Assembly (NCBI GenBank): GCA_020184695.1 | Contig: JAANOX010000241.1 | Coordinates: 124,001-188,000, forward strand | Reading direction: 5' to 3' | Length of the DNA stretch: 64,000 nucleotides | From: Histomonas meleagridis 2922-C6/04-290x | Lineage: Eukaryota > Protista > Parabasalia | Shown: piece after piece, positions 21,557-31,669 of the stretch | Numbering within the stretch: the first letter of the stretch is position 1 | Layout: every line of letters begins with the position of its first letter | Translations under genes and position numbers: made by a program | The notes under the pieces: generated by a model | The model's input: only the letters and a program-made list of their open reading frames with translations | Told to the model about the DNA's origin: nothing | The model's database searches: none

Positions 21557-23968
21557 ATGAATTCATCCATTTTTTTTCCATACCGAGTTTTAATGCTTTT
21601 AGTATATTGCATTTCAATCGGTTGTAACTCCCAAGTAGTTGAAAAAAATTCTTATCGAAATAAATTTACTATCAATATTAAATCATCAATAATAGAAAAA
21701 ACAGTACCTTACAATGGAGTTAATTTTATGAGAGATTATAAACAAATAAATCCTTATGTTATTAGCAATGAGTTTCGATCAAATCATCTTATGATTCATT
21801 ACATTGTTTTAATTGTTATGTTTTGTATTATATTATGTTCTTCAAAACATGTACTCGGTAAAGCGCATCTAAAAATTGAGTTAATTCCAATGTTTTTTTC
21901 ATTGTATTTCTTATTTACTTTTCAAGCTTTTGAAGAATCAACAAGCACATTAATAATTTCTAGTTCAGATGAATTCGATGATGATTATATGAAATATACA
22001 TTACATGTTATAATTAATGGTGGTGAAATTACACAAATTCCATCAAGTGCATTTTATCAATGGTATTCATTACAAACAGCGGAACTTGGCGACACCATTA
22101 CATCAATTGGCAATCGTGCATTTTATCAATGTACAAACTTAGAAACCATTAAATTATCTGCAAATTTAGAAACTATTGGAAGTAGTGCATTTTATTCATG
22201 TTCATCATTAGTTACTATTCAAATTCCAAGTAAAGTTCGATCGATTACATCAAACGAAAATATATTTTCATCATGTATTAAACTTCGATTTATTGAAGTC
22301 TCTAGTGATAATTCATACTATTCGAATGATAATAATGGAATTCTTTATAACAAAGCGTTTACGACTCTAATAAGTTATCCAATTGGAATAGAAAATTCAC
22401 ATTTCGAAATTCCAGAAACAGTTACAACTATTTCCAGAAATGCATTTGTTCGAGGTTATAATTTAGAAAGTGTAACAATTGGAAACAAAGTTAAAACAAT
22501 TCAAGAATATGCATTCCAATATAGTGGAATTACAAGTATTACAATTCCAAGTTCTGTTACAACATTTGGGCAAAATATATTTTATGGATGTAATAATTTA
22601 ACAACAATTGAACTTGAACAAGGATTAAAACGAATTGGCGAATTTATGTTTCAAAATTGTAAAAACTTAAGAACAGTAACAATTCCAAATTCAGTTACAA
22701 CCATATCAACGAATCCATTTATGGGATGTGAAAGTCTTGAATCGATACAAGTATATAATGATAACAAATTATTTTCTAATTATCGAAATGATGACGTATT
22801 ATATAATAAAAAAATTCAAGATCTTATCATATATCCAATTGGTAAACAAGTTACGACATTTGAAATTCCGAATTCAGTTACATATATTCGACCATATGCA
22901 TTTTGTTTATGCTCAAAATTGGAGAACATTATATTTAATTCGAAATTACAAACAATTGGACAATCAGCATTTCAATCAACTTCAACATTTAGAACTATTA
23001 AAATCCCTGACTCAGTTACAACTATTAATGAAGCTGCTTTCATTTCAAGTTCTAGTTTAGAAACAGTTTATTTCGGTAATGGTATCCAAAAAATTGATAC
23101 ATTTGCATTTTCTTCTTGTCGAAGACTTAAGTGTATATATTATTATTCAGATAATGTACCAACATTTGGTACAAATCCATTTTCTGGCGTAGCTACAAAA
23201 TATGTAATAACTTCAAATACATATAAAAGTGATAAATTTGGTAATTTGGATGCAACTTTAGGAAGTGAATATGAATGCGAAGCGACATTTACATTTACGC
23301 GGTCAAATACATATTCACAATCGAACACATATACACTATCAACTACAATTACAGAATTAAGTACATTTACTGAATCAAATACATATTCACAGTCAAATAC
23401 GTACACGGAATCAAACACATTTACTGAATCAAATACATATTCACAGTCAAATACGTACACGGAATCAAACACATTCACTGAATCAAATACATATTCACAG
23501 TCAAATACGTACACGGAATCAAATACATTCACTGAATCAAAAAATGCGTTTTCATCTGATTTAACAATTTCGCATTCATTCACATTGTCATTTACTTTGA
23601 CTGTTACTTTATCAATGATTGAAAACAATTATTTGACAAGTTCATTAATAATTACTTTTTCTGATTCAACATTTATATATCAATATGTGGAAGTGATGCA
23701 CTACGATTATACATTGGGTTTCGTTTCAGGGTATTTTAATTATTATTCCGATTTATATGTGAATTATGAGAACAGGCCTTCGAATCATAATGATGATGAT
23801 GGTAGTAACGCTAGCACATATGTTATCGTCGTAAGTGTTTTAATTGCTGTTGTTGTTTTTGCTGATATAATCGCGCTGATTATTTTGTATGTTAGGAAAA
23901 ATAATGCAAATAAAGATGAAGATGACTTTTTAAATGAATTATCGGAAAGTACAAAAGATAATATATAG
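21557..23968 (+). CDS. BspA-like (TpLRR) surface protein with Ser/Thr repeat stalk and C-terminal TM
   Basis: Repeated LxxIxIPxSVTxIGxxAFxxC motifs, S/T-rich repeats, hydrophobic TM (YVIVVSVLIAVVVF...) and short acidic tail. True start uncertain. Confidence 0.88.
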   Translation: MNSSIFFPYRVLMLLVYCISIGCNSQVVEKNSYRNKFTINIKSSIIEKTVPYNGVNFMRDYKQINPYVISNEFRSNHLMIHYIVLIVMFCIILCSSKHVLGKAHLKIELIPMFFSLYFLFTFQAFEESTSTLIISSSDEFDDDYMKYTLHVIINGGEITQIPSSAFYQWYSLQTAELGDTITSIGNRAFYQCTNLETIKLSANLETIGSSAFYSCSSLVTIQIPSKVRSITSNENIFSSCIKLRFIEVSSDNSYYSNDNNGILYNKAFTTLISYPIGIENSHFEIPETVTTISRNAFVRGYNLESVTIGNKVKTIQEYAFQYSGITSITIPSSVTTFGQNIFYGCNNLTTIELEQGLKRIGEFMFQNCKNLRTVTIPNSVTTISTNPFMGCESLESIQVYNDNKLFSNYRNDDVLYNKKIQDLIIYPIGKQVTTFEIPNSVTYIRPYAFCLCSKLENIIFNSKLQTIGQSAFQSTSTFRTIKIPDSVTTINEAAFISSSSLETVYFGNGIQKIDTFAFSSCRRLKCIYYYSDNVPTFGTNPFSGVATKYVITSNTYKSDKFGNLDATLGSEYECEATFTFTRSNTYSQSNTYTLSTTITELSTFTESNTYSQSNTYTESNTFTESNTYSQSNTYTESNTFTESNTYSQSNTYTESNTFTESKNAFSSDLTISHSFTLSFTLTVTLSMIENNYLTSSLIITFSDSTFIYQYVEVMHYDYTLGFVSGYFNYYSDLYVNYENRPSNHNDDDGSNASTYVIVVSVLIAVVVFADIIALIILYVRKNNANKDEDDFLNELSESTKDNI
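23363..23540 (+). repeat. 54-nt coding tandem repeat (TFTESNTYSQSNTYTESN), about 3.3 copies
   Basis: Near-identical units start at 23363, 23417 and 23471. Confidence 0.9.
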
Positions 23969-24515
23969 AAATTCTGAATTATAATAAATAAAATATAAAT
24001 GTTTTATTTAATTTTTGTGTTTTGTGCTAAGGCGACAGATATTTTTCTTGATTTGTATATCTATGAATTTATGATGTGCTTATTCAATTGAAAGTTTTGT
24101 TATTTTGTTTTTCTTTAGTTGTTTATAAATCTTATGAAAATATGATAAAAATTTAAATCAATTAATGTTAAATATTTTCTGATTGGAAAGGTACAGAGTT
24201 AAATACAAAAAAATTTAACATGAAAAATAAAATTCGAATAAAATGAAAAAATCTGTACAGATTATTAAGGCTTTTACTAAATTCTCAATATAAAGGTGTG
24301 AACTTGCAAGGATATCTCTAGCAGAAAAAAAAAAAAAAAAATAAAAAATATTGGTGTAACAAAAATTAAGTACACAAAATTTATATAATTTTTTTGTTGA
24401 AGACATTAATCGATTTAATAATTTGGAAATCATTATAAAGAATTTTTCCTATTGAAAAAGTTAGGCGTTTGACTGTTTCTGCATAAATCACTGAAAATAA
24501 AAATCATTTTCTTGT

Positions 24516-26718
24516 ATGAAAAGTAATCAAAGTCAATGGAATAATGCAATGGAATCACTCGAAGACATCATCTTCAATTTAAGTGAAGACAATATCATTA
24601 AATCTGTTGAAAAAGCGCTGAATTTGAAAACTCAAAATTTTTCACCATGTTCACCATTAACTATTTGCCGATTAATATATTCATCATCTCTTTCACAAAT
24701 GAAAGATTTTAATATTTATCTTAATTTCATGAAAAATTTAGAAGCCAAAGAAAATGAAACCAGTGAAAACCAATATGAATTAATTAAAACATTTGGCAAT
24801 TTTCTTAAAGATATAAATTCTCAAGAATCATATTTTCTTCTCAACAAGATGATAGAAAATAATTTAATTTCTTCAAAACTAATTGAAAACAAAAATTCAT
24901 TTTATTTTGCACAATATTACCCAATAGATTTAATATATAAATTAAAAGATAATCAAAATACTCCATATCAAAAATATTTCGATGAAAATTATCATAAACT
25001 TTCAATAAGAAACTGGAAACTTCATAAAAAATTTATTGAAGAAGGACATAATCCAGATGAACTTGCGCGAATAATTCGAAATGATGAAATAGAAAAACTT
25101 CAAGAAATATCATCACATCCAAAATTCGATTTTAATCAAGCAATTCCAAATTCACTTTATGAAAGATGTGATTATATTAATAGAAGGTTTGATGATGTTT
25201 CATTAATTGATTATGCAGCATTTTTTGGATCAATAAAATGTTTTAAATATTTACTTATGAATAATGCTGATGTAAAAAGAACAGGTACATATGCTGTTGC
25301 AGGTGGAAATTTAGAAATTGTTCATTTATGTGAACAAAATCATTCATTATTTGGAAATGACGCATATGAAACAGCAATTAAATTCCATCGAAACGATATC
25401 TTTTTTTATCTTTATGAAAATTCTAAAATTGAATCTTTTTTATTCAGAGATTTTCTTCATTTATTTTTGTATTCATTGGATGAATACTATAATATTAAGA
25501 TTTTTAACTTTTTCCTCGAACAAGAAAGAATTGAAATAAATATAGAAAATGTTGATATTAATTTTTTTTAATCAAAGTCTCCTTTATTAATATGATTTTT
25601 TTAAATAATTAGAATTTCTTTTAATTATTCGATATGATTTTTACTCCTCAACAGTATTATCTTGAAATTGTTGCATTTCTTATTAAGGAAAAAAAGTTGG
25701 TATTAACAATATTGATATTTATTTATCAGATTTAAGGTTTATTTTGTTTAAATGGTGTTTTAAAATAATATTTGGTAATAATTTTAAATATTTAAAACAT
25801 TATTGATTACTGCATCTGAAAATGGTCATTTAGAATTAGTTAAATTACTTCTCGAACAAGAAGGAATTGATATTAATGCTATAGATATTTATTTGTTTTA
25901 TTTAGAATTTATTTTTTTTATTTGATATTTCAAAATAATATTTGGAAATTATTTAAATTATTTTATACAGCAATTATGCATGCATCTGAAAATGGTCACA
26001 TAGAAATAGTTAAATTACTTCTTGAACAAAAAATGATTAAGATTAATGGAGATATATGTTTGTTTTATTTAAGATATATTTCGATAGTTTTGGATTTCAA
26101 AATAATATTCCATCATTAATTAAATTGTTTCCTTCAGCACTTACACTCGCATCTAAAAATGGTAATACAGAAATAGTTAAATTACTTCTTCAAAAAGGAA
26201 TTAATATTAATTCTATGGATATTTATTTATTTTATTTAGAATTTATTTTTAAAATTTAGAATTTCAAAATAATATTTGGAAATTATTTAAATCACCCAAA
26301 ACAGCACTTATGAATGCAATTGAAAATAACCATATTGAAACTGTAAAAATACTTCTCGAGCAAGAAGGAATTGATGTTAATGCTAGAGATATTTTTTGAT
26401 ATATTACGATGCACATTTTGATGATTTTCGATGATATCATAATATTTTGGGTTTATTTTGATTACTTTGGGTTGCACTTATGTATGTAATTTTAACAGGT
26501 AATTTAGAAATTGCTAAAATACTTCTTAAACATCCAAAAATTGATATTAATGCTATAAATATTAAAACCTTTCATTTAGGATTCGTTTTCTCAATTTGAT
26601 ATCTCTTTAAATTGTTTGGAACTTACTCTAATTATTTTGGACACCACTTTTATTTGCAACTACATGTGGTTGTAAAGAAATAGCTAAATTACTTCGTGAA
26701 AAAGGTGCAAAACAATAA
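24516..26718 (+). CDS. DUF3447-type N-terminal domain plus about 7 ankyrin repeats, each junction interrupted by a spacer array
   Basis: N-terminal ORF has SLIDYAAFFGSIKCFKYLL and YAVAGGNLEIVHLC. The 87-90-nt ankyrin segments join in frame to TAA at 26716-26718 once the 17-nt spacers are removed. One missing A at about 25689-25695 and a degenerate first junction remain. Confidence 0.75.
25557..25633 (+). other. Degenerate spacer array (17,17,14,17 nt); slots AAA GAT AGA GAT = K D R D
   Basis: 77 nt (80 minus 3) after GTT GAT; the third spacer is 3 nt short and the next repeat is degenerate. This parsing is tentative. Confidence 0.45.
25717..25796 (+). other. Spacer array; slots AAG GGT GGT AAA = K G G K
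   Basis: Exactly 80 nt between GAT (25714) and ACA (25797); gives NNID-KGGK-TLLITAS. Confidence 0.88.
25887..25966 (+). other. Spacer array; slots AGA GAT GGA TAT = R D G Y
   Basis: Codons at 25904, 25924, 25944 and 25964 give NAID-RDGY-TAIMHAS. Confidence 0.92.
26054..26133 (+). other. Spacer array; slots AAG TGG CAT CCT = K W H P
   Basis: 80 nt between GAT and TCA; gives INGD-KWHP-SALTLAS. Confidence 0.82.
26221..26300 (+). other. Spacer array; slots AGA AGA GGA AAA = R R G K
   Basis: 80 nt; gives NSMD-RRGK-TALMNAI. Confidence 0.92.
26391..26470 (+). other. Spacer array; slots GAT TCG TGG TGG = D S W W (or D S G W if the spacers are 18+16)
   Basis: 80 nt with strongly diverged spacer sequence but conserved total length. 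Confidence 0.78.
26561..26640 (+). other. Spacer array; slots AGG GAT GGA TGG = R D G W
   Basis: Codons at 26578, 26598, 26618 and 26638 give NAIN-RDGW-TPLLFAT. Confidence 0.92.
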
Positions 26719-27174
26719 ATGTCTAAAAACATTCAGCTATCTAAAATAAAAAACTTCAGATAACTAACTCGATTTAGCTAAAAATTATTAGTAAAAAAAA
26801 TCGATTTTTATTTTAAAAATATTTAAAACAATCCAGGAAATAGTAATTGGGAATTTTGGTACAATAGAAATTAAGCAAATCACTTTTAATATCGCCAAAA
26901 AAATTAAAAATCCGAATTTTGCGAAGTAATATTACTTTATGAATGAAATTTATTTATCTCAGAGTTGAAAGTTTAATTTATTCCAATGATATTTTTTTCG
27001 AGGCGCTCTAAAATCATTTTTTTTTTGCACTATAAATTATAGAATATTATATATACCTATCTAATATTTTTTGATGAGTTTCAAAACCTTTTTTATAATT
27101 TTGATGAACGTTAAGAAGAATCCGTTTATTAAATAAAAACGTTTAATAAAATAGAAATATAAAAAACAAAAAGG

Positions 27175-27844
27175 ATGGAAAAAAAGCCAGAATCAAATGC
27201 AAGAGTAAGACAATTTTTTGGATTTGATCCTATCGAATTTGTAGATGATGTAGTTTGTGCTACATCATTTTATATTAACGGACTTCAAGAATCTTTAAGT
27301 TCTTTTATTAAGTACAGAATCACTTTCACAAACACGACAAAACGAGATCAAGAGTAAATTATTTTTCTGCATTACAAAGTTCTATTGATTTAAAATTCGA
27401 GACATTTTTGAGTTATACTTAATGCGAAACATTTTTCATATTCCAGTTGATGCAGATTTAACAAGTGAAATTATTAATAAATCTAATAAAAGTATTATAA
27501 ATAATTCAGGAAGTTCATTTTTCACTGAAGTTCAAGAAGAAGAAGATTTAGATTCAGAATTAACGAAACTTTATCAACGCATTCATGAAGAACAAAAGAA
27601 ACGAATTATACTTAATGAAAACATCCAAACCAAACGAAATCAAGTTTATCAAACGAATGAAATCGTTAAACGTCTTCCAATGATTGACAACATTGTTAAA
27701 AATGCGAAAGAACTTCCAATTTCTGAAATTGAAGAACTTCATCAACGTTTAAATAATATTTATACTCAATTTAAGAGTAAACAAAATGATAAAAATGATA
27801 AACAAACATTAGCGTTTCATCAAGCAGCATTTTCATTTGATTAG
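27175..27844 (+). pseudogene. Frameshifted duplicate of the Mis12-like gene at 30085
   Basis: Matches 30085-30750 except for four single-base insertions clustered at about 27304-27401, three of them in homopolymers. Could be an assembly error. Confidence 0.6.
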
Positions 27845-28501
27845 AATTCAAAAAATTGTTTATCTTCACAAAATAAAATGTAATTGAAATAAATTCTCGA
27901 TATTTATAAAAATTAATTGTGTTGAAGCGAATTTAAATCAACAAAATATTTTATTTTAATAAAATATGTTTAACTCCATTTAAAAATCATAAATTCTGAT
28001 TGTTATGTAATGATATTATTTCTTTCTCATTGTCACATAAATTTTCAACGATGAATATTCATATATTATATATGATACAAACAAATAAATAACGTATCTT
28101 TTCGAGGGAAGGGTAAAATTTCGATAATATTTACCACCATTCAAATTCGCTCCTATCGTCACTTATCGTTGCTATTATCGTTCAATATAAACCATGCAAA
28201 AGTCGATTTTTGTCACTTTTTGGTACCAAAATGATGAAAGAATAAATTTATCTCGTGCTAATCATGATATAATTCTTAGATTTATATTAATCATAGATGT
28301 AACTATGCATATATATTATATATTCATGATATCAAGATCGTAGGATGATTGCTATATACGAATTGCTGAAATCGAAAGTCAATTTTATATATATGTATTA
28401 AGAAATATGTATGTTTTATTAATAGGCGAAATCCTCCATCAGTTGTCACTTTTAATAATAAACATTTCAATTCCAAAAAGTTGTTTGATCATTGAAAAGA
28501 A

Positions 28502-29746
28502 ATGCCCAAGTACGATATTCCTTATTTTAGATTCATTGCTCTCGTATTACTGATTATACTTGCATACATCCAGACACGCTATTATAAAATAACAGATTCT
28601 CAACTTTTAAAAAATGATTCAGATGATTCATTTGTGTATAACAAAATAGATAAGGAGGATTATAAAGTTGTTCGGAAGTCAACCTTTTTTCCCCTTCCAC
28701 TCATAAATCGAAGCGCACCTGAATCCGAAATTAGCTGGGCAGAAAATTTCTTGAAAATGCCAACATGGTCAAATGGCTATCATAGATGTGATTCCAAAGA
28801 TTCTGAAGTCAGTTGTTATGAACTTTCTCGTGCTGCTCGATTGATTGAACAATGGGAAAACAATTCCATCCAAAAACGCCATATTGGTAAAGTTATTGTC
28901 AAGGTCACGAAGGCACCTTTTATTGAACGTCTTACTATGCTTTACCATGGTCTTCAAATTGCTATTTCCACCAATCGAGATTTATACACAGATCGAAATC
29001 TCTTTTTACCCATCGAATTACCAAGTGTGATCATGCAACGCACCGGACGAGAATCCGGCAAAGGCCTTCCAAGTGATCATTATGTTTGTTGTTGTGATGT
29101 ATCGCCTCGATATCCCAATGTTTTCATCAATGGTTATTCTTGGCCACAAGCATTCTATGTACATCATGATATTGCTCCATTTCTTCGCGGCAATTTTGGA
29201 TATCATGCTGCATATTTTTTAGGAAATTATTTATTTGGCAATAGTACGAAACCTCCAAATAAATGTTTCCATGACACAACTTCAACCATTATTGAAGGCT
29301 ATCAATCTCAAGGAACAGATTCGGAGCTCAAACCGTGTAATTTTTTCTACACATTACCACGATGCGGAATTGACCCAAGTCAAGCATCAATGATTGCAAA
29401 CGAAAATTGCAGTCAAAAACACTTTAAAGAGACGTTTTGGTATAACGTTGATGATCCAAATCAAAATGTTTGCGCACTTCGAAAATTAACATCAGCGAAA
29501 AGAATCGTCCAAACGTTCGGTTCAAGACTCGGGTTTTGGGCAACAGCATTACAAGGATCGAAGGGTTCTTTTGTAAATACTGTTGATAAGATATGTGTGA
29601 ACATGACAAACTCACAACAAGGAAGTCTGTGGCATACGTACTGCCCGAATAACAAAAAAGATGTGTTCAAAACAAATTCGTACTTCTTCATATGCGGACC
29701 AAATGCAGAAGATGGAAGATTATACTTGGATTATTTGTTGTGGTAA
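28502..29746 (+). CDS. Hypothetical type II membrane protein (possibly glycosyltransferase-like)
   Basis: N-terminal TM, 414-aa Cys-containing luminal region; no firm family motif. Confidence 0.6.
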   Translation: MPKYDIPYFRFIALVLLIILAYIQTRYYKITDSQLLKNDSDDSFVYNKIDKEDYKVVRKSTFFPLPLINRSAPESEISWAENFLKMPTWSNGYHRCDSKDSEVSCYELSRAARLIEQWENNSIQKRHIGKVIVKVTKAPFIERLTMLYHGLQIAISTNRDLYTDRNLFLPIELPSVIMQRTGRESGKGLPSDHYVCCCDVSPRYPNVFINGYSWPQAFYVHHDIAPFLRGNFGYHAAYFLGNYLFGNSTKPPNKCFHDTTSTIIEGYQSQGTDSELKPCNFFYTLPRCGIDPSQASMIANENCSQKHFKETFWYNVDDPNQNVCALRKLTSAKRIVQTFGSRLGFWATALQGSKGSFVNTVDKICVNMTNSQQGSLWHTYCPNNKKDVFKTNSYFFICGPNAEDGRLYLDYLLW

Positions 29747-30084
29747 AGTTTATTTGTTGGTTAATAAAGAATAAATTAATGTAGAAAATGAAGGTCTTTT
29801 TTTAAAATGATATAAGTATCCAATGTATTTTGAGGCTCTTTTTGATAAATCAAATTCCATTTCATTTAACTCATATGAAGAACCAAAAATAAACTATTTT
29901 TCATTTAATATATTTCTATACTTTTTTGCCATGTTTGTTTGGCTATAACACCATAATATTATGATACAGTTTCAAAAATATTGAGTTTTTAAATTCCGCT
30001 TTGTTTGATGATGATGAACGTCAAGAAGAATCCGTTTATTAAATAAAAACGTTTAATAAAATAGAAATATAAAAAACAAAAAGG

Positions 30085-30750
30085 ATGGAAAAAAAGCCAG
30101 AATCAAATGCAAGAGTAAGACAATTTTTTGGATTTGATCCTATCGAATTTGTAGATGATGTAGTTTGTGCTACATCATTTTATATTAACGGACTTCAAGA
30201 ATCTTTAAGTTCTTTATTAAGTACAGAATCACTTTCACAAACACGACAAAACGAGATCAAGAGTAAATTATTTTCTGCATTACAAAGTTCTATTGATTTA
30301 AATTCAGACATTTTTGAGTTATACTTAATGCGAAACATTTTTCATATTCCAGTTGATGCAGATTTAACAAGTGAAATTATTAATAAATCTAATAAAAGTA
30401 TTATAAATAATTCAGGAAGTTCATTTTTCACTGAAGTTCAAGAAGAAGAAGATTTAGATTCAGAATTAACGAAACTTTATCAACGCATTCATGAAGAACA
30501 AAAGAAACGAATTATACTTAATGAAAACATCCAAACCAAACGAAATCAAGTTTATCAAACGAATGAAATCGTTAAACGTCTTCCAATGATTGACAACATT
30601 GTTAAAAATGCGAAAGAACTTCCAATTTCTGAAATTGAAGAACTTCATCAACGTTTAAATAATATTTATACTCAATTTAAGAGTAAACAAAATGATAAAA
30701 ATGATAAACAAACATTAGCGTTTCATCAAGCAGCATTTTCATTTGATTAG
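30085..30750 (+). CDS. MIS12: Mis12-like kinetochore protein
   Basis: QFFGFDPIEFVDDV and FELYLMRNIFHIP resemble the two conserved Mis12 blocks, followed by a coiled coil; 221 aa. Confidence 0.6.
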   Translation: MEKKPESNARVRQFFGFDPIEFVDDVVCATSFYINGLQESLSSLLSTESLSQTRQNEIKSKLFSALQSSIDLNSDIFELYLMRNIFHIPVDADLTSEIINKSNKSIINNSGSSFFTEVQEEEDLDSELTKLYQRIHEEQKKRIILNENIQTKRNQVYQTNEIVKRLPMIDNIVKNAKELPISEIEELHQRLNNIYTQFKSKQNDKNDKQTLAFHQAAFSFD

Positions 30751-31009
30751 AATTCAAAAAATTGTTTATCATGATAAAATTAATTGATTTGTATTTTAAA
30801 ATAATTTAAATATTTTTTTTCGAGATAATACATTTTTTTAAAAAATTTTAATTTGCTTTTTTTGAGTTAAGTATTCGAATAATAATACTTAATAAATTAT
30901 TTTAACCATTTGTATAGTGTGATAGTTCTAAAAACTAAGTAATGTTAAGTTATTTTTTGATTTTTTAATACATCTTCGCCGTTTTCATATAACATGTCCA
31001 AACTTTAAA

Positions 31010-31669
31010 ATGGCCACTCCTAATTCAGCACTCCACGAAAATCATGATGCAACAATTTATGTTGGAAACATTAGCGAACACGTTACAAATGATATACTTT
31101 TTGAGTTATTTAATCAAGTCGGGCCAGTTCATCGTGTGATCATTCCGCGCGATCATCTCACTTCGAGGAACCAAGGATATGGATTTGTTGAATTTCGTAC
31201 AGCTGATGATGCTCGGTATGCTTCTACAATTATGGAGGGGGTTCGTTTGTTTGGAAATCCTCTCACATGCGGTCCCTCCACACAAATGGTTGACGAGCAG
31301 CTGGACGTAGGCGCCAAATTATATGTTGGAAATTTGGCACCAGAAGTCAACGATTTGACATTACAACATCTATTTTCTCCTTTTGGCCAGTTAGTTACAT
31401 GCAGAGTTGTCATCGATCCATCTACAGGCAAATCGCGCGGGCATGGATTTGTCAGCTATGGAACTTTTGAAGCTGCTGATGAAGCACGTTTGAAACTCAA
31501 CGGACAATTTGTTTGCAATCAGCCAATGACTGTAATTTATGCACACAAGACAGAGTCTAAAAGCGGAGAGTCACATGGCGACAAGTCAGAAAGACTCGTG
31601 GCGCAAGCAACAATTGCTGCAAATGTTGAGAAAACGATGAACTCCCATTTATTAAGAATGAAAAAGTAA
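31010..31669 (+). CDS. SF3B4: Splicing factor 3B subunit 4 (SAP49/Hsh49), two RRMs
   Basis: DATIYVGN...ELFNQVGPV...IPRD...QGYGFVEF; second RRM VGAKLYVGNLAPEV; C-terminal HGDKSERLVA. Confidence 0.88.
   Translation: MATPNSALHENHDATIYVGNISEHVTNDILFELFNQVGPVHRVIIPRDHLTSRNQGYGFVEFRTADDARYASTIMEGVRLFGNPLTCGPSTQMVDEQLDVGAKLYVGNLAPEVNDLTLQHLFSPFGQLVTCRVVIDPSTGKSRGHGFVSYGTFEAADEARLKLNGQFVCNQPMTVIYAHKTESKSGESHGDKSERLVAQATIAANVEKTMNSHLLRMKK

Noticed and set aside
25887-25966. Treating each 80-nt block as one 68-nt intron plus 12 coding nt
   Set aside because: No conserved GT-AG pair exists, and any contiguous removal leaves hydrophobic IYLF/KLFY-type residues without the conserved Gly. The four-spacer grid recovers Gly in 11/13 arrays.
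25887-25966. U12-type AT-AC introns
   Set aside because: No ATATCCTT donor or TCCTTAAC branch; only 2 of 52 spacers end in AC.
26561-26640. Classical matched-codon translational bypassing (T4 gene 60 type)
   Set aside because: Take-off codons (GAT, AGA, GGA, etc.) do not match the last triplet of the following spacer (mostly TTT). Only unmatched hopping remains possible.
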